A DNA stretch of 51,909 bases from a virus. Its lineage: Duplodnaviria; Caudoviricetes. Each line of letters begins with the position of its first letter. Position 1 is the stretch's first letter. The position numbers and the translations under genes were made by a program. The notes beneath the pieces were generated by a model, which saw only the letters and a list, made by a program, of their open reading frames with translations, did not search any database and had not been told where the DNA came from. The stretch is from the IMG/VR virus record IMGVR_UViG_3300009537_003043, positions 1 to 51,909 of that record; one strand, given 5' to 3'. Positions 8,264 to 17,667 of the stretch are shown here, one piece after another.

Positions 8264-8297
8264 TGCCATCCCTGGCAATGGACTCGTCCCTGAGTCC
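8264..8297 (-). promoter_or_regulatory. Two tandem CsrA/RsmA-type binding hairpins
   Basis: Minus strand reads GGACUC-AGGGAC-GAGUCC and UGCC-AGGGAU-GGCA. Confidence 0.65.
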
Positions 8298-8317
8298 TCC
8301 TGCTCAACGCCGCAGGG

Positions 8318-8965
8318 CTATCGGCTAAAATCTTTATATTTGACCTTCGTAATGATTCGCCTGCCCATCCGATCAAATAGGGTTTTCTCCGGGCGCAGTA
8401 CCAAACCCTCAGCATCCCGAGGTCGAACCGAAGCCTCAGACGCGAACCCGTTTTCCGCTAGGTCAATAGCCGCTGCCAAGGGGCCACAGCACACAAGCGG
8501 CGCGACGGGTATGTGTAGTTTGTCGCCAACATCCATCACGTTATCCCATTCCAGCCAAATGTTTTTACTAGAGCCCACCAGTACATCAAACAATATGAAT
8601 CCCGGATCATCCCGGTAATCGCCGCCACCTTTCTGAATCTTAGGCCCGTAACCCTCACCGTACAAAACTGCCCCGTCAGGAAAAATGGGAGCAAACAAGT
8701 CGGGCCTAAAATTCTCGTGCAACACAGCCAGAAGGAAGGGCGGAAGATTGGCGTTGTCCGTGCGCCCTTTGATCGTCACCACTGGTGATAAACCAGGCAT
8801 CCACTCGATGCGAATGTTCATGCCGTCAATCTTCTCCGTCCAAAGCCAGTCCAGACTAGCCAAATAACCAAACTCCGGGCGAGACCACCGGCCCTCCAGA
8901 AACGTCTTGTGATGGTTTTCAGGGTCGCGCAAGTACACGCTGTCAATCTTCGGATATATAGACAT
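8318..8965 (-). CDS. RNA ligase (Rnl2-like nucleotidyltransferase domain)
   Basis: EKIDGMN, YGEGYG, FDV, EGLVLRP, ITKVK ligase motifs. Confidence 0.85.
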   Translation of the reverse strand: MSIYPKIDSVYLRDPENHHKTFLEGRWSRPEFGYLASLDWLWTEKIDGMNIRIEWMPGLSPVVTIKGRTDNANLPPFLLAVLHENFRPDLFAPIFPDGAVLYGEGYGPKIQKGGGDYRDDPGFILFDVLVGSSKNIWLEWDNVMDVGDKLHIPVAPLVCCGPLAAAIDLAENGFASEASVRPRDAEGLVLRPEKTLFDRMGRRIITKVKYKDFSR

Positions 8966-8995
8966 AATGCCTCCATATATATTTTGGGCGTGTAT

Positions 8996-10381
8996 TTAAA
9001 ACGGTTCCGGCTCCGCGGCGTCGAGCAACTTGTTAATCATGTCCACCCCTTCCTGAACGGCGTCGCGCTGTTTTTTGGTGAACTTGATCGTTTTGATTTT
9101 GACCTTCTCCCGGGCCTCGTTGCGGTCTTTGGGTGCCGCCGCCTGGTACTCGGCCAGCACCTCTTGCACCGCAGGGTCGGTCTCATCCTGCACAGCCGGG
9201 TCGGGAGAGGGGGCGCCGTCCGTGGCGAGCTGCCCGGCGTCCTCTGCCGGCGCTTCCGGTGCCGGCGCTCGTTCCTTGAGCGCGTCCTTTTTCCCCTCCA
9301 GCCGTTCCCACTGCTCGGGCGTGCAGCGGGCCTTGAGTTGTTTGGCGTGGGCTTTCCACCACTCGGGGCCTTTGCCTTTGTCGAACGCGGCGGTCATGTC
9401 CGTAATGTACTCGTCCAGTTTGGCCGGGAGCAATTCGCCGGTGCCCTCCGGCAGGTCGCTCTTGCTCGGGAACGGGCGCTGCTGTGCGCGGACGGGGGGT
9501 TGGCCTGGCGCCGGAGTGTGAGATTGTGCGTCCGGGTAGAACTCCGCGGCCACGCCCTCCACATCATCGTCGGGAAACACGCCGGCGGACGAGGAAGTCA
9601 GAAGTTTCCGGGTCTGCTCCTCGATTTGCGCGATCTGGAATCCGGCCTGCGCTTGTTGCGTGGCGTGCTCCAGGGCTGCTTGCCTCAACCCTTCCATGGT
9701 GCCGCGGAACTCCAAACCCACGACGTAGATGGTTTGCTGGCGCCCATCAGGATCGGCCACTTTCTTTGGCGTCACCACCAGTTCCAGGGGTATCCCCGCA
9801 ATCCGCCCGCCAGCCGCGCGGTGAATGAACATCAGGCTCCCAAACAGGGCGTCGTGGGAATTGAAGCTGGTGGTGCGAAACTTCCAGGTCCCGCCAAGTC
9901 CCGCGGCGCCGTCTATCAGTACGGACAGGCTGGCGTTGATTTTGCATTTCGGGTCGGTCTTTGTGGCCTTGAAATCTCGCTCGATGCGCTCACACGGGCA
10001 GGCGCATGTGGAATATGACCCTTCTGCGCCGATCCGCTGAGCCTCCACACCGTTACCGCGGCACCACACGGTTTTCCCCAAATAGGCGGCGTAACTACCC
10101 TGGAAATTCAACTCCAGGTCATCAAACAGCAGTCGCACGGGGATTCGCGTGAGGTGATCGGCCTCCTGGCCCGTGGCCTTTGCCACCTCCTGCATAAGCG
10201 CCGCGTCCGGTAGAAAATTATCGTCGGCGTCCTTCTCCATCGTCGTGATGATGAAGTGGTCGTATTTCTCCGGCGCCTGGAACTCCACGCCTTGCTTGCT
10301 CTTGCGGACGGCCCCTTTGCCGCCAATCTTGATTTTCCCGCTTTCGCGCAGGGACGGGGGCCTATTCAGAATGAGAGACAT
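8996..10381 (-). CDS. Gp3-like (recombination-directionality-factor-like) recombination protein
   Basis: GKIKIGGK, WCRGNG, CPC, CK...L, WKFRTTSFNS; acidic tail; paired with an exonuclease. Confidence 0.7.
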   Translation of the reverse strand: MSLILNRPPSLRESGKIKIGGKGAVRKSKQGVEFQAPEKYDHFIITTMEKDADDNFLPDAALMQEVAKATGQEADHLTRIPVRLLFDDLELNFQGSYAAYLGKTVWCRGNGVEAQRIGAEGSYSTCACPCERIERDFKATKTDPKCKINASLSVLIDGAAGLGGTWKFRTTSFNSHDALFGSLMFIHRAAGGRIAGIPLELVVTPKKVADPDGRQQTIYVVGLEFRGTMEGLRQAALEHATQQAQAGFQIAQIEEQTRKLLTSSSAGVFPDDDVEGVAAEFYPDAQSHTPAPGQPPVRAQQRPFPSKSDLPEGTGELLPAKLDEYITDMTAAFDKGKGPEWWKAHAKQLKARCTPEQWERLEGKKDALKERAPAPEAPAEDAGQLATDGAPSPDPAVQDETDPAVQEVLAEYQAAAPKDRNEAREKVKIKTIKFTKKQRDAVQEGVDMINKLLDAAEPEPF

Positions 10382-11255
10382 TGGACTCCTTAGCTTTAGT
10401 GTGTGCTTGAAACTGCGAGCACCAGGGATTTACCGGGCAGTAATCCTCACAACGCGTGCGCTCGCCCGGCCTGACTTCGATGGTGATTCCGGGGCCGGTG
10501 TGGCCTTCCTTGGCCGCCCATTGTTGGGCCTCCTCCATGGAGAACAGTACCCGGAGCGCGGACTTGCGCCCGGCCTTTTTCACGGCGTACTTGGTGGGCT
10601 TCTCCCATATTTCCGCCGGCGTGCATTCCGGGAGATCAGCGTCGGGCACTTCCTCAGCAGCGACCAGGGCCTCCACCCGCTCCGCTATCCACGCCCGACG
10701 CCTGGCTTGCGGCCAGAGTTCCAGCGGAACCACGACCACCTGAGTCTGCGGATATTTCCCGTCCGCGCGGGCCTTGGACTTTGACCAGTCGCGCAGCATG
10801 ACTACGCACTGGATTTTTTCGACCGGGAAACCATGCTGCTCGTACAATTCCGCGTACACGTTCAACTGCTGCGTCCATTCCTCTATGCGGCTCCGGTACA
10901 CGATAGTCCAGGCCGAGGTCGATTTGTAATCCGTGATGAGTCGCGTGGCCTCGTACAAATCGGTCGCGCCGCTGATCGTCCGCCCGGCGATTCGCATAAA
11001 CAGGCGTTCCTCCGTCAGGGCGTTGTCTGGGTTGGACTGTTCCAGGATGGAGTGAAGAGCCGTCCCGAACAGGCTCCAGATGCGGTCGGCGACGTCCTCC
11101 ACGACCTCATCATCATGGCGGCGGTTCAAAATCGTGACCCGCAGAGGAGCCGTCAGGTCGGTCGCGGAATAATCCGAGTCACCGCGGGTGTATTTGTCGT
11201 TGAGCACCGCCCGGTAGAACGTGTCGGGCAGCCCGAGCTTGTTGGTGAGTTTCAT
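10362..11255 (-). CDS. PD-(D/E)XK RecB/Cas4-like exonuclease
   Basis: GTALH, SGATDL, DYKST, QLNVY, RCEDYC...WC. Confidence 0.85.
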   Translation of the reverse strand: MKLTNKLGLPDTFYRAVLNDKYTRGDSDYSATDLTAPLRVTILNRRHDDEVVEDVADRIWSLFGTALHSILEQSNPDNALTEERLFMRIAGRTISGATDLYEATRLITDYKSTSAWTIVYRSRIEEWTQQLNVYAELYEQHGFPVEKIQCVVMLRDWSKSKARADGKYPQTQVVVVPLELWPQARRRAWIAERVEALVAAEEVPDADLPECTPAEIWEKPTKYAVKKAGRKSALRVLFSMEEAQQWAAKEGHTGPGITIEVRPGERTRCEDYCPVNPWCSQFQAHTKAKESNVSHSE

Positions 11256-11257
11256 TT

Positions 11258-11839
11258 TTACTCCAGATCGTTAGGGAGCCCGCCCGTGTCGCGGAGGGCT
11301 TGTTTCAGGACGGCCTCAGCTTCCGGCAGAAAGTATTTATCACGTACCACCGCCACCGCCGCAACGCGCAGGGGGTCGCATATCATCTGCGCGCTTGACA
11401 GGTGAAAGCCGTTCGCCGTAAGCATGATTCCGCATTCCGGGCACCGCTGGTGTTGGTGCTTCTCGCTCACTTCAGCGGACCGCTGGTGTTGGTGCTTCTC
11501 GCTCACTTCAGCGGAAGGCGGCACCGCCGGCACATAAGGCATGGCCTCGGCGGTGATGTGGGCACCCGCCGGAAACTCCAATTCCACGCGCGTATGATCG
11601 CCAACCTGGCCGGTGACGCGAACCCTGCTGACGTGCAGTTCCTTTCCGTTCAACCGCACCTTGCCCTCCTGGGCCACCAGCGGTAGATCAATCTCGAACT
11701 GGCGCTGGGGCCGATCCTCCCCGCATTCCGGGCACCGCTGGTGCTTCTCCCGCAGGCCGCGGGCTTGATCGTCCGGGAACTCGTCGGCGGCGAGCACAGC
11801 ATCCAGGCGGTTCAGCGCCGCTTTTTCATGGTCAGGCAT
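11258..11839 (-). CDS. Hypothetical protein with duplicated RCPECG and a 12-aa tandem repeat
   Basis: SD aggagg; internal DNA repeats. Confidence 0.65.
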   Translation of the reverse strand: MPDHEKAALNRLDAVLAADEFPDDQARGLREKHQRCPECGEDRPQRQFEIDLPLVAQEGKVRLNGKELHVSRVRVTGQVGDHTRVELEFPAGAHITAEAMPYVPAVPPSAEVSEKHQHQRSAEVSEKHQHQRCPECGIMLTANGFHLSSAQMICDPLRVAAVAVVRDKYFLPEAEAVLKQALRDTGGLPNDLE

Positions 11840-11887
11840 GATTCCTCCTTCGGTCGAGTACGTGTTGGGGCAGCGGCGGGCGGTTCA

Positions 11888-12178
11888 TCATGCGGTGTCC
11901 GAAATGCCGGGCGAGTGCGAGTTCAGCGGAAGGGACGCGCCCGCCTTCAGCAGCCCCTGGTCGTGGTCCGATTCCTCGGCCGTCAGGTCCTTCTCCTTGA
12001 TGCCGCGTACTAGGCGGATGTCGGCCTTGATGTCCGCGATCTTCTTCTCCAGGTGCGTGCGCAGCGCGCTCTTGGCCTGCGGAAGCGTCGCGTAGATTCC
12101 GCTGATCGGAATGTCCGTCTCGACGCCACGTTCGGTGAGGCGGATGGTACGGGAACGAAACGTAACCAGGTAATTCAT
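11888..12178 (-). CDS. Hypothetical protein, first gene of the leftward block
   Basis: SD aagga; lies downstream of the predicted promoter. Confidence 0.65.
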   Translation of the reverse strand: MNYLVTFRSRTIRLTERGVETDIPISGIYATLPQAKSALRTHLEKKIADIKADIRLVRGIKEKDLTAEESDHDQGLLKAGASLPLNSHSPGISDTA

Positions 12179-12240
12179 GGTGGTTCCTTCTGTGGGGTTT
12201 GCCGTATGGCTTGACAGCCTGGTGTTGATGTGACACCCTC

Positions 12241-12269
12241 AAACTACAACCCTGTGGGGCGCTTGTCAA
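12241..12269 (-). promoter_or_regulatory. Sigma70-like leftward promoter in a divergent switch region
   Basis: TTGACA-17-TAGTTT on the minus strand; opposing TTGACA at 12211; inverted ggtgttga/tcaacacc at 12221 and 12266. Confidence 0.6.
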
Positions 12270-12288
12270 CACCTTTTTGCAGAGCCTG

Positions 12289-12501
12289 ATGAACATCTAC
12301 CCTGACACAACGCCAGAGCGGCTCAGCCTAGTACAGAACCACGCGGACAACCTCGGCATCAGCCTGTGGCGCCTGCTCAAGATGGCCGGCATGACCAAGC
12401 AAGCCAGCACCCGCTGGCGCACCGGGCGCTGCAAACCGAGCAATCTGGCCTTGCACCGGCTGCTCTCCATCACCGCCGCCGACGTGGAGCGCAGCGCATG
12501 A
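12289..12501 (+). CDS. Cro-like HTH protein
   Basis: 70 aa; LLKMAGMTKQASTRWRTGRCKP; first gene of the rightward block. Confidence 0.65.
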   Translation: MNIYPDTTPERLSLVQNHADNLGISLWRLLKMAGMTKQASTRWRTGRCKPSNLALHRLLSITAADVERSA

Positions 12502-12971
12502 CCGCCTTGAAACCCGACCAGGTGACGGTGTTGGTGGACACGCGGGAACAACGACCCTACGACTTCCCCACCATGCGCGTGCAGCCCGCCACCCTGACCG
12601 CCGGAGACTACTCTGTGCGTGGGATGGAAAACGATCTGGCGGTGGAGCGGAAGGAACTGTCAGACCTCATATCCTGCATCGGGCCCGGCCGGGAACGCTT
12701 CGAGCGCGAGATGGCGCGGCTGCGGGGGTATCAGCATCGCATCGTGATCGTCGAGGCTGACTGGTACGCCGTGCGCTCAGGCGCCTACCGGAGCGCTCTG
12801 AACCCGCTGGCGGCTACGCACTCCATCCTGTCCTGGCAGGCCCACTACCGCGTGCCGTTTCTGTTCGCGGGCGACCGGGAGGCCGGCGAGGCGGCTGCGG
12901 CGTACTTCCTGTTCACGGCGGCCAAGCACGCATGGCAACGCGGAGAAGCGTTCAGGGAAGCGCTGGCGTAA
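12498..12971 (+). CDS. ERCC4-domain nuclease
   Basis: VDTREQ, GDYS, VERKELSDL. Confidence 0.9.
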   Translation: MTALKPDQVTVLVDTREQRPYDFPTMRVQPATLTAGDYSVRGMENDLAVERKELSDLISCIGPGRERFEREMARLRGYQHRIVIVEADWYAVRSGAYRSALNPLAATHSILSWQAHYRVPFLFAGDREAGEAAAAYFLFTAAKHAWQRGEAFREALA

Positions 12972-13113
12972 TTCCCCACGGCCCGTCGTTTTTTGTTTTG
13001 ATCTTGCAGCCGGGGTTGTGATACGCCGGATTTGCGACCGCAGTCCCACCGATCTTCAGCAGCCCCACGGGCGCAGGCTCCCTCTCCTGCGGTCGCTCCC
13101 CCGTGGGGTTGCC

Positions 13114-13129
13114 CATCCATGGATGGATG
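13114..13129 (+). promoter_or_regulatory. CsrA-type hairpin over the ribosome-binding site of the csrA-like gene
   Basis: CAUCC-AUGGAU-GGAUG ends 2 nt before the ATG at 13132. Confidence 0.65.
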
Positions 13130-13131
13130 AA

Positions 13132-13317
13132 ATGCTGATCCTGACCCTGGGCCCTTCTGACACCATTTACATTGAGCACGACGGAGAAGTTGTCGAGATC
13201 ACGCGGACCATGCACCAGCGGCTCGCTTTCCACGCCCCCGACTCGTTCCGGATCGAGCGGCGTCCTACTGATGATGGCCTGCCGTCCGCGACTTTCCAGA
13301 GCCCGGAGGCCACATGA
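13132..13317 (+). CDS. CsrA/RsmA-like RNA-binding protein (divergent)
   Basis: 61 aa; MLILT start, TIYI, and RLAFHAPDSFRIER aligning with CsrA RIGVNAPKEVSVHR. Confidence 0.7.
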   Translation: MLILTLGPSDTIYIEHDGEVVEITRTMHQRLAFHAPDSFRIERRPTDDGLPSATFQSPEAT

Positions 13318-15836
13318 GCGCCCTGGTCTGTCAACTCTCTCCCCGTGATCTCGCTGAGGCCCTGGGTGGCGCGGAGCAGCGGGGCAAAAAATGGCTTGCA
13401 CTGTGCCCCGGCCACGATGACCACAATGCTAGTTTGGAGATCGAGGCTCCCACCGGCACTACGGTATTCTGGTGCCCGGTGTGCCCGGATCAGCGCGTGG
13501 TCTTCAAGCGCGTGCGGGAGACGGTGCCACACGCCTTTCAGGTCAACGGAAAACCATCCCCCACGGCCCAGCCGGCGACAATACCCCCGGCCTCGCCCCC
13601 CACTGTGGGGTCGCAATCAGAGCCGCCCAGCACCACTAAGGGCGCCTCCAGCCCACCGCCCTGGGAACGTGATGCCGAGGCTGTCTATCTATATGTAGAC
13701 GAGACCGGAACGCTGCTGTTCCAGGTGGTGCGGTTTCGTGACCGACGCGACCCGCGCTTCATGCAGCGAATTCCGCGCCCTAGGGAGAAGTGGGATTGGC
13801 GCGCACAACCCAAACCGCCCCGCACGGGCTGGAAAGTCCGCGGCACGCGCCAAGTGCTCTACCGCCTGCCCGAGATCGCACCCCGTACAGCCGTGGTGCT
13901 GGTCGAGGGCGAAAAGGATGTGGACAACCTGTGGTCCCTGGGCATCGCCGCAACCTGCAACCCGGGCGGCGCCAGCAAATGGCGCCCCGAGTACTCCGAG
14001 GCCCTGGCGGGCATGCGCGTGGCGATCATCGCCGATGCAGATCGGGCTGGCCGTGACCATGCGGGCCGGGTCGCGGTGGCACTACATGGTGTGGCGGTGA
14101 GCGTGCGCGTGCTGGAATGCCCGGACGGGCACAAGGACGTGAGCGACTGGATTGCCGCCGGAGCGACCTGGGACGACATTTCAGCCTGCCTTCGGCGGGC
14201 GCCCGAATGGACGCCATCTCCCGATCCGCCGCCAATTCCGGTTCAGCCCGAGTCCAAAGGCGCCCCCACGGCCGCGCGCCCCAGTTCCCGCGACGTGGTG
14301 CAACCCGACGACCTGCCGCCTGACCGGCCAACGATTCGCCTGGTTGCTGGCGAGTTGCCCCACGTGGTGGATGAGGCGGAGGCCGCGTTGCTGAAAACGC
14401 CAGACCACGGCGGGATGTATCAGCGAGGTGGGCAACTGGTGCGCATCATCCGCCTGGAGGCGCGCGAGAACGGGGCATTGACCCTCGCGGCCGGCACGCC
14501 GATGATCCGCCAAGTACCACGCGCCGCGCTGGCCGAAACCCTGACCATGGCGGCCGCGTGGCTCAAGTACGACGCCCGCGCCAAAGGTTGGGTGGCCAAG
14601 GACTGCCCTGAAACCGTCGCCGCCACCTACGAGGCCCGCTCCGGCGCGTGGAAACTGCGCCCGCTGGTCGGTGTGGTGGACATGCCCACGTTGCGGGCGG
14701 ACGGGTCGCTTCTCCACGAACCGGGTTACGACGCGGACACAGGGCTGGTGCTGCTGGAGCATGACATGCCGGACATTCCCGAAAAGCCGACGCACGAAGA
14801 CGCGGTTGATGCGCTGCGGACGCTCTCCTGGCCGCTCAACTCGTTCCCGTGGGCCGGCGCCACTGAATCTGAGCGCGGAACTTCCCGCTCGGTGATCCTG
14901 GCCGCGCTTCTCACCACCTGCATTCGCCCGATACTGCCCACGGCCCCGCTGTTCGCCATCGACGCCCCGGCTCCAGGCACCGGCAAGTCGCTGCTGGCCG
15001 ACATCGTGAGCTTGATAGCCACCGGCCATCCAGCGCCGGCGCTCTCGCAGGCGGCAAACCCGGAAGAAGACGCCAAGCGATTGTTTGCTGTGCTGTTGCA
15101 AGGGTCGCCGCTGGTCTGCATCGACAACATCGAACGCGACCTGGAGGGCGACGCCTTGTGTTCGATTCTGCAACAGGAAATCTACGAGAGTCGCGTTCTC
15201 GGCGTCACTGAAATGAGACAGGTCCGCACGACCAGTACGACGTTTCTTGCCACCGGGAATAACCTGCGGATCAAGGGCGACCTGGCCCGCCGGGCCATCC
15301 TGTGCCGAATCGACGCCGGAGTCGAGCGACCGGAAACGCGACATTTCACCCAAGACCCGCGCGACCAGGTGCGCGCTGACCGGAAGGAGTTGGTGGCCGC
15401 GGCGCTCACGGTGCTGCGGGCCTACATTGTGGCCGGGCGCCCGGATCAAAGCGGCGAGACCTACGGCGGGTACGAAGAATGGTCGCGCTGGGTTCGCGGC
15501 CCGCTGCTGTGGCTCGACCAAGCTGACCCATGCGCCAGCCGCACCCATATCCGGGGCGGGGACGAAGTGGCCCGCCAACTCGGCGCGATGCTGGAAGCGT
15601 GGACCGGGGCGTTCGGTTCACACACGATGCCGGTGGCGGCTGCGCTGCAAGAGGCTGATGAGCGGGTCAAACTCGCCATGTCCGATGTCGCCAGTATGCG
15701 AAACGGTGACATCGACCGACGCCGGCTCGGCAAGTGGATCGCGCGCCACGAAGACCGCATCATCGGCGGCCGGCGCTTCATGCGCGGCCCGGTTGTCAAC
15801 GGAGCGCAGTCCTGGAAGGTGGACTACGTCAACTAA
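13314..15836 (+). CDS. Primase-helicase (Zn-binding, TOPRIM, P-loop ATPase)
   Basis: CPGHDD...C; VEGEKD and DAD TOPRIM motifs; APAPGTGKS, IDNI, ATGNN. Confidence 0.88.
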   Translation: MSALVCQLSPRDLAEALGGAEQRGKKWLALCPGHDDHNASLEIEAPTGTTVFWCPVCPDQRVVFKRVRETVPHAFQVNGKPSPTAQPATIPPASPPTVGSQSEPPSTTKGASSPPPWERDAEAVYLYVDETGTLLFQVVRFRDRRDPRFMQRIPRPREKWDWRAQPKPPRTGWKVRGTRQVLYRLPEIAPRTAVVLVEGEKDVDNLWSLGIAATCNPGGASKWRPEYSEALAGMRVAIIADADRAGRDHAGRVAVALHGVAVSVRVLECPDGHKDVSDWIAAGATWDDISACLRRAPEWTPSPDPPPIPVQPESKGAPTAARPSSRDVVQPDDLPPDRPTIRLVAGELPHVVDEAEAALLKTPDHGGMYQRGGQLVRIIRLEARENGALTLAAGTPMIRQVPRAALAETLTMAAAWLKYDARAKGWVAKDCPETVAATYEARSGAWKLRPLVGVVDMPTLRADGSLLHEPGYDADTGLVLLEHDMPDIPEKPTHEDAVDALRTLSWPLNSFPWAGATESERGTSRSVILAALLTTCIRPILPTAPLFAIDAPAPGTGKSLLADIVSLIATGHPAPALSQAANPEEDAKRLFAVLLQGSPLVCIDNIERDLEGDALCSILQQEIYESRVLGVTEMRQVRTTSTTFLATGNNLRIKGDLARRAILCRIDAGVERPETRHFTQDPRDQVRADRKELVAAALTVLRAYIVAGRPDQSGETYGGYEEWSRWVRGPLLWLDQADPCASRTHIRGGDEVARQLGAMLEAWTGAFGSHTMPVAAALQEADERVKLAMSDVASMRNGDIDRRRLGKWIARHEDRIIGGRRFMRGPVVNGAQSWKVDYVN

Positions 15837-15856
15837 CTCTTCACGAGGAGAACGCA

Positions 15857-16453
15857 ATGTCAGAGCGCACCACGAAGAAAAATCGACAACACGCCGAGGA
15901 GCGCAAAAACACGATGTCCCTGGAACTCAACGCCGACCTGCCGATGCTGGACATCAAGGCCGAGCCCGTCACCAGCGACGAACTGGGCAGCATGGCGTTC
16001 ATGCTGCAGCGCAATCTGGCTCAGGGCACCTTCGACGAAAATGATGCCGATCACATCCAGGCCACGATCCGGGCACTGGAGACGGCACAGCAGGGCTCAC
16101 AGGTCTCGCTAGGGCAATGGCTCGCCCCGGTTGTGGCCCGCGGGGAGGGCGTGGACGAGGTCAAAAGTTTCCAGTGCTTCGCGCTCGGCCGCCGGTTGGA
16201 GCGGGGTGGCATGGTCAAGTTGCGGGCCGACGACGTGAGCCTCATCAAAAAGATCGTCGGCGCGAACAAGCAGCACGTCCGCTGGGTCAAGGACCTGGTG
16301 ATTGGCATTCTCGACCCGAACAGCATCGAGGGCGAAATGGAGCGCGAGGTTCTGGAGGAAATCACGGGCGAGATGCACCGGTTGTGGCGCGAAGAGCGCG
16401 GATCGGCGAGCGACGGCGATGGAGCCGTCGCACACGCGGCCGGGCCTCCATGA
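15857..16453 (+). CDS. Hypothetical protein
   Basis: SD gaggag; genome-typical codon use. Confidence 0.7.
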   Translation: MSERTTKKNRQHAEERKNTMSLELNADLPMLDIKAEPVTSDELGSMAFMLQRNLAQGTFDENDADHIQATIRALETAQQGSQVSLGQWLAPVVARGEGVDEVKSFQCFALGRRLERGGMVKLRADDVSLIKKIVGANKQHVRWVKDLVIGILDPNSIEGEMEREVLEEITGEMHRLWREERGSASDGDGAVAHAAGPP

Positions 16454-16469
16454 TGTTTCCCACGATGTT

Positions 16470-16758
16470 CCTCACTGAAAGGCGCTTCGGTAGCGCGCTC
16501 CAGTTCTTCGGGGCGCTCGCGCAGCACCTGGAAGAAGGCCACAATGTCGCCGTCCAGGTCGTTCAGCACCTCGAAATCACTGGGTGGCTTCTGGAGCAGC
16601 ACGCTCGCCGCTCCCATGAAGGGCTCCACGTAGCACTCGTGGGGCGGCAGATGGGAAATGATCCACGGGGCAAGGCGCCACTTGCCGCCGCGGTAGCGTA
16701 GCGCCGGGCGCTCAATAGAATGCGTTGCTTTCACGTCCGAACCCTTTTTCTCAGTCAT
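16470..16758 (-). pseudogene. Truncated Dam-like (D12 class) adenine methyltransferase
   Basis: [17 protein letters not shown] and EVLNDLD present; no DPPY half; the frame runs on into the antisense of 15857..16453. Confidence 0.75.
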
Positions 16759-17477
16759 GGTGTGCTCCTGTCGTAGCGTGTGAGAATCCGCCGCACCTGT
16801 TCACGGTGCCACGTTTCCCTCCGGCGGGGCCTGGCCGTGGCGTTGAGCCGGCGCACCACATCCGCAATGGTAGCACCGTCCGCCCGCCACGCGGCCATCC
16901 GCGCGATTACCGATTGCTCGGCCGCGTCCTGTCGTAGCGTCTTGGGGCCACTCGGGTCGCCGTTGATCGGCGCCCAGCGCCAGCCGTAGGGGGCTCGGCC
17001 GTTGATCTGCCGCCCCCCGGCCTGCTCGCGCTTGTAGGCCAGGACGTGCCGGATGCGCGCGCCCGACCGCTGGGATTCGAGTTGCGCCAACGCGGCCATC
17101 AACGTGCAGATAAACTGCCCCGTCGGCGTGGTCGTGTCTACGGCCTCCCGGATCAGATGCACCGAGACGCCCCGCTCTTGCGCAAGCTGGAAAAACGTCA
17201 CGGCGTCCACGGTGGAGCGAAACAGCCGGTCCAGGGCCGTGGCGACCACATGCTGCACCTGGCCGGCGCGCACCATGGACACCAGCCGTTGCGCTTCCGG
17301 GCGGCCGGGCAGGCGCGTGCCGCTGATTCCCTCATCGGCCAGAACCAGGGGCACGCCCAACTCCCGCAGCGCGCAGTAACGCTCGATGGCCTGCCGCTGA
17401 TCCGGCAGGCTCAGGCCGTCGCGCGCCTGCTCCTCGCGGGACACGCGCGCGTAGCCGAGGGTCGGGGGGGCGGTCAT
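16755..17477 (-). CDS. Serine recombinase (catalytic plus recombinase DNA-binding domain)
   Basis: YARVS, DEGISG, LDRLFRS, DTTTPTG, APYGW. Confidence 0.92.
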   Translation of the reverse strand: MTAPPTLGYARVSREEQARDGLSLPDQRQAIERYCALRELGVPLVLADEGISGTRLPGRPEAQRLVSMVRAGQVQHVVATALDRLFRSTVDAVTFFQLAQERGVSVHLIREAVDTTTPTGQFICTLMAALAQLESQRSGARIRHVLAYKREQAGGRQINGRAPYGWRWAPINGDPSGPKTLRQDAAEQSVIARMAAWRADGATIADVVRRLNATARPRRRETWHREQVRRILTRYDRSTP

Positions 17478-17665
17478 GGGGCCATCTGCATTCCCCTGCG
17501 CGCCCGCGCCCCGGCGATGTCCAATTGCCGGCGCAGCCCACGTGGGGCTTTTCGCAGACGTACCGTGTGGCCGTCGCTTGCTTGCGTTACTACCATCACG
17601 GCGGCGCATCCTGACGGCACAGGCCCGCTTATCTTCACAACATCCCCTGGCGCAAAGTAGTACAT
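17474..17665 (-). CDS. Hypothetical protein
   Basis: SD ggagggg; ATGA overlap with the recombinase gene. Confidence 0.55.
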   Translation of the reverse strand: MYYFAPGDVVKISGPVPSGCAAVMVVTQASDGHTVRLRKAPRGLRRQLDIAGARARRGMQMAP

Positions 17666-17667
17666 GG

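Noticed and set aside
16051-16758. Full-length 235-aa Dam methylase
   Set aside because: The C-terminal part is antisense read-through and lacks DPPY
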